NCBI RefSeq assembly: GCF_006345805.1
Contig: NC_043003.1
Coordinates: forward strand, 93,930,001-93,994,000
DNA: 64,000 nucleotides
Source: Octopus sinensis
Lineage: Eukaryota
Direction of reading: 5' to 3'
The translations under genes and the position numbers were made by a program. Shown here one piece after another: positions 63,001 to 64,000 of this stretch (position 1 is its first letter; the number at the start of each line of letters is the position of its first letter). The notes beneath the pieces are model-generated. The model did not search any database and had not been told where the DNA came from. It saw only the letters and a list, made by a program, of their open reading frames with translations.

Positions 63001-64000
63001 TAGTTTCGCTTTCATAATGGATATTTCTCTCTCTTTCCCTTTTTCCAAAACAACTAAAACAATATACTCCTCTTCTAAACAAATCAAAAAAGCATCCGAT
63101 TCATGTAAATGAACAACGAAACTTTCTGTTTTTACCACTTTGATTTCGTCTTGACGAGTTCAATAAACGAACGAAAGCGCTAATAAAGAATTATCCAACA
63201 TTCTGACTGCCTCCATTTTCTCAATATACAATATCTGTACACCATTTCAAACATTCTATACATATATATATACATACGTACGTACATACATACATACATA
63301 CATACATACACAGGTAAATACACACACACATATATATATTCCTTTAACAAATGAAGGAATTATATGTGAGTTCTATGTTCAGAGGGTGCAGTAATTGGAC
63401 TTGCTATGCCTACTCTACACGATTCAATAATAGTCCAGATCAAATAACATGGCTACTCAGTGAGGAAATGCAAGGAAAATGTGAACATATCATGAGAAAA
63501 ACGAAAGTAAAAGAGGAATAGAAAAGAGGGATAAAAATTGCGCTACATTAAGAGAGCCGACTTAAAATCTGTTTTGGAGGAAAAGAGGTCAGAGATCCAA
63601 TTTATAATATTAGCCCCTTCCCCCATTACCTTTACCACCACTCTCATAGCCAATGACCGATAGAAGATAGAGAGTACTATCTGAAACAAACAAGAATCAT
63701 GACTAAAATTAAACCTAGGAAACTTTATATGGTTCACCCTTCCCTCTCTCTTTTGACTGTTAGGAAACATGTAGATAAATAGTTACCTGATAACCATAAA
63801 AATAAGTCTTCAATAGGCGTTTCGTGTACGTTTTTTACAGCTGCAGCCCTACTCTGAATAGTTTCTTTTCACGTAAGCCACACAAGACACTCCAAACGTC
63901 AACTTCAGGAACCCAGACATTTAACCACCAGGCAAGTCATGTATATTTAGCTCAGCCGTCTACAATACCAAAGTCACATATATTTTTCAAGTCAAAAAAT

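Noticed and set aside
63945-63990. 45-bp match to 59120-59162
   Set aside because: Truncated by the window edge; probably an ordinary dispersed repeat.

Overview
AT-rich, microsatellite-dense eukaryotic DNA with no recognisable host gene exons. The tRNA-derived SINE families and simple-repeat density suggest an octopus (coleoid cephalopod) genome; this is an inference from memory. Almost all coding signal comes from transposons: R4/Dong-like RLE retrotransposons in (TAA)n arrays, RTE, CR1-group, HERO-like and L1/Tx1-like LINEs, two decayed Penelope-like elements (PLEs), Tc1/mariner/maT fragments, a pogo-type MITE and a Helitron-like piece. The main finding is a set of short non-coding elements built as [inverted partial copy] + [1.x tandem monomer], usually bounded by (TA)n, with a type I hammerhead ribozyme (HHR) motif in each monomer. 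The three examples are 38210-39544 (593-nt monomer, near-identical copies, intact core, unusually long ~70-nt helix II), 45084-45825 (~357-nt monomer) and 36384-37146 (~329-nt monomer, decayed). They look like non-autonomous retrozymes or circular-RNA retroelements mobilised by Penelope machinery. Family assignments come from motif recognition only; no database search or folding was run.
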